From the NCBI RefSeq assembly GCF_009914755.1, contig NC_060929.1: a stretch of 64,000 nt of DNA. One strand, written 5' to 3'. The position numbers were made by a program, and so were the translations under genes. Positions 60,281-64,000 of this stretch are shown one piece after another (the first letter of the stretch is position 1; each line of letters starts with the position of its first letter). This stretch comes from the human T2T-CHM13v2.0 reference genome, Homo sapiens. Below the pieces are notes generated by a model, which was not told the origin of the DNA, did no database searches, and saw nothing but the letters and a program-made list of their open reading frames with translations.

Positions 60281-62329
60281 TCTTATCTCGTTGTGTTGAT
60301 TAAATACATGGACAGAAGGAACAATTAAATCACAGGGGCGCCCACCGGAGGATTCAGAGCCTAAACAGTAACTCCAAAAGAAAAGAGATTATATGGATTA
60401 AGACATTTGGGAAGGAAGCATCTGATATGGTTTTGATGGATAGCTGAGATTTTCCCGGAATGGAAAGGAGTCCAGGAGATGCTGACGATATGAATAGAGG
60501 TGTGATGGCAAGACTGCACCTGGGCCATCATTCAGGACAGTGAGGGGTGAATGGTGGCAATGCTTTTAGGCAGAGAGTTAAAGGCCATTCACTAGTTGGA
60601 GGACCTCCTCCTGGAGGAAAGAAGAAGCTACTGAGCTGCTTTATGCACTGCCAGGAAAGCTCACGAGTCATTTCCTTTGACCTAAAGAACAGCATGATTT
60701 TCATCTCTTTAGAACTCAGAGAGCGTTCTCTTTTCTTAAAGCACCCTTGTTTTTGAAGTTGCTGTCTGGATAAGTTACCAGCATATTTCAAAAGGATGAT
60801 TCAGCTCTCTTAAGGATTTCTTTCTTTTTTTTTTCCCCTTCCCTCCCTGAAACACAATGGTTTCATCCTGCAGGCTTACGAGGAGGTACAGAAATAGTGA
60901 GGTTCACACAGTGAATCATATATTCAAGGCCAACCAGATGCTGTTCACTGAGAAGACACTGAGGATCAAGGCTGTTTTTGAGCTATGGGCACATTCCTGC
61001 ATCTGCTGAGTTTGTCAATAGACTTAGCCTCTGGTTCCCAGGATTCACACATCTCATTCAAGGCGCTAATATGCATTCATCAGACTTCTTTATAAGAATT
61101 CTCTTTCTCTGGTCTCTGTGCTTGTGGTATACACTGAGAGTGGCATCTTTGAAATGGGGGAATCTATCAATGTTGCTGGAGTGTACTCCCCTTATTTCTT
61201 TGTGTACTTTATGTATAGATCCTTTTTCAAGATGGCTCATGCTACCTATCAAGTTTCTGACAACATCATCCATCACTGCAAAAGGCCAGTGTGCACACAC
61301 TTTTTTTGTGTGTGTGTGTAAAGGTTTGTTTCTTCCAGGTTAGCGAGAGGGAGTGTAAGTCTGAGGGGTGAATACCTCCTATACATCACCTATATCAATT
61401 TCTCCCCAGGACTGGGGGATGTCAAGCCTTAAAAGGAAGAGAAGAGATCCTTTTATCTCTCTGCTTCCACATAGGATTAGCTAGAGGGAACCCATAATAC
61501 AATGCTGGGCTGAGTAGCCGCTCAGCATCATACCAGGCTCTGTGCTCAGGGCTGGACACAGAGATGCACAAGATGTGATTTATAAACTGAGCTCTTGCCC
61601 ACAGGGGAGCGGTGGAGGTTTGTAAACCATCTAAATAAATAATCACTGTGGTGGATAGTAAGTGTTTCAAACAAGAGAGTAAAGCAAAGGTGGCAGACCA
61701 AGTCATGTTCCACTGAGGTAGTATTTTTTTTTTTTTTTGGTTTGGCTGTGACAGTGTTACAAAAACATTTTCATTTTTTTTTTAATTTTAGCTGAGCATG
61801 CCTCCATTTTTCATATGCTAACAATCATAAGCTAGAAAACAGATCTGTTTTCTTCTTCATTCTGATCCTTTAGCACTGATAAGTAATGAATGAAATCTAG
61901 GTCATTGTAGAATTTTTCACTAACAATTTTCCCAAATTTCATTCTATGAATTTGGACAGAATTGTTTTTCCCCACCCCAAATGACTTGACAAATGTTATC
62001 CCTATTTGTGGAGGGGGAAGGTAAAGAGCAAACTGATGAGTCTTTAGCGGAGTGCTCTGCATACAAGGTCAGGGTGAGGGTTGATGAGGATTTGTTAAAG
62101 CTCCCAGATGTGTCTCTCAGGACAGAGTGAACCTAAGAAGCCAAGCTCAGGGATCAAAACAGCCTCGTCTAGAGTTCTTCCTCTGACTCTTGCCAGCTCT
62201 ATGGCATTTGGGCCCTTTCTCCAACTTTTCTGAGATTCAATTTTCTCATCTGGAAAGTAGAATAATAATACCTCCTTTGTACATTCACATCAGGGATTTA
62301 ATATCAAAATACAACCAAAGCATTTAATC

Positions 62330-62760
62330 TGTGAAAATAAAAATCTTTGACAAATTAAATATAACAGAGTTTAATTGAGCAAAGAATGATTCTCAAATTG
62401 GGCAGCCTTCGAGCCAGAGTAGGCTCAGAAAGACTCCAGTATAGCTACATGGTAGAAGAAGATTTATGGACAGAAAAAGGAAAATGACTTACAGAAAATG
62501 GGAATGAGGTACAGAAATAGCTGGATTGGTTACAGCTCAGCATTTGCCTTATTTGAACCCAGTTTAAACAGTTGGCCATCTTTGATTGGCCAAAACTTGG
62601 TGATTGGCACAAGAGTGGGTTATAGTTCATTTACACATCGGTGATTGGCACAAGAGTGGGTTGTAGTCCATTTACACATCCAGTTAGGTTACTACGCATG
62701 GAGAAAACTTTAGGTTGAAATATGTTAAGGAGGCAGCTTTAGGTTAAACTTCATTTAACA
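62330..62760 (-). mobile_element. MER57-like ERV1 solo LTR inserted in a MIR
   Basis: tgtgaaa...tttaaca termini; perfect 4-bp TSD aatc (62326-62329 / 62761-62764); MIR halves on both sides. Confidence 0.8.
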
Positions 62761-62809
62761 AATCCAATGACAAGGCATAGTAAATGCTCAATAAAAAGTA
62801 GTTCTTATT

Positions 62810-63107
<298 letters not shown>

Positions 63108-63133
63108 TAGTTCTTATTAAGAAACATAGTTCT

Positions 63134-63550
<417 letters not shown>

Positions 63551-63614
63551 TCAAGGGAGAGGGAAGAGCTCAGGTTTTGGGTTACCATTTTGCAACAGGC
63601 AACAGAACCTGGTG

Positions 63615-63860
63615 ATGATGGAGTGAGCTCTGGAGTTGGGCTGATCTGCTTTTCTTGTAGTGTGACGTTGGTCAATTCAAAACATACATCAGTTTCTGTT
63701 TACTCAGTAGAGATAGAATAATAACCCTGTCTCCCAGGGTTTTGTAAGGATTAAATGAGATAAAGATTGTAAAGCGCGGGCACCAAGCTAGGCACAAGCT
63801 AGCTTCTATGTGTTCAGGGAAAGGTATTTGTGGTTATTATTACAATTATCATCATTTCTT
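63615..63860 (+). mobile_element. MIR
   Basis: 'cagggttttgtaaggattaaatgagataa'. Confidence 0.6.
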
Positions 63861-64000
63861 AAACTCTATTTACTTCTCCTTGACTGCCATGGGAAGATAA
63901 TACTAATTTCTGTTCAGGCTTATGTAAAACAGGAAGCAAGCTTTGGACCAATTCTCATGGATGGCAATAAAGGGACGCCAAGCAGAATTTCGATTGCAGA

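Noticed and set aside
60978-61343. Three overlapping ORFs of 67-121 aa
   Set aside because: No recognisable homology and no convincing splice or start context

Overview
Primate genomic DNA, almost certainly human: it carries AluYa5 and AluYb9-type copies, subfamilies known to be essentially human-specific. It is AT-rich and CpG-poor, with no CpG island and no host protein-coding exon, tRNA or rRNA that I can recognise, so it reads as intronic or intergenic. Much of the window is layered transposable-element debris: MIR, L2, Alu of J/S/Y age, a 5'-truncated L1PA with a frameshift-free ORF2, a rearranged L1PB holding three LTR insertions, a twin-primed inverted L1, ERV1/ERVL/MaLR solo LTRs and hAT/Tigger MITEs. 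The most notable signals are: (1) two oppositely oriented Mutator-family (Ricksha-like) DNA transposons about 10 kb apart, each with its own 9-bp TSD and transposase remnant; (2) two very young Alus that may be polymorphic; (3) an unexplained 28-bp exact direct repeat about 2 kb apart in non-repetitive sequence; (4) a 49-bp LTR stub marking a deletion inside the L1PB. Subfamily names come from recalled consensus features and need a RepeatMasker/Dfam check. I found no evidence for a novel multi-gene system.
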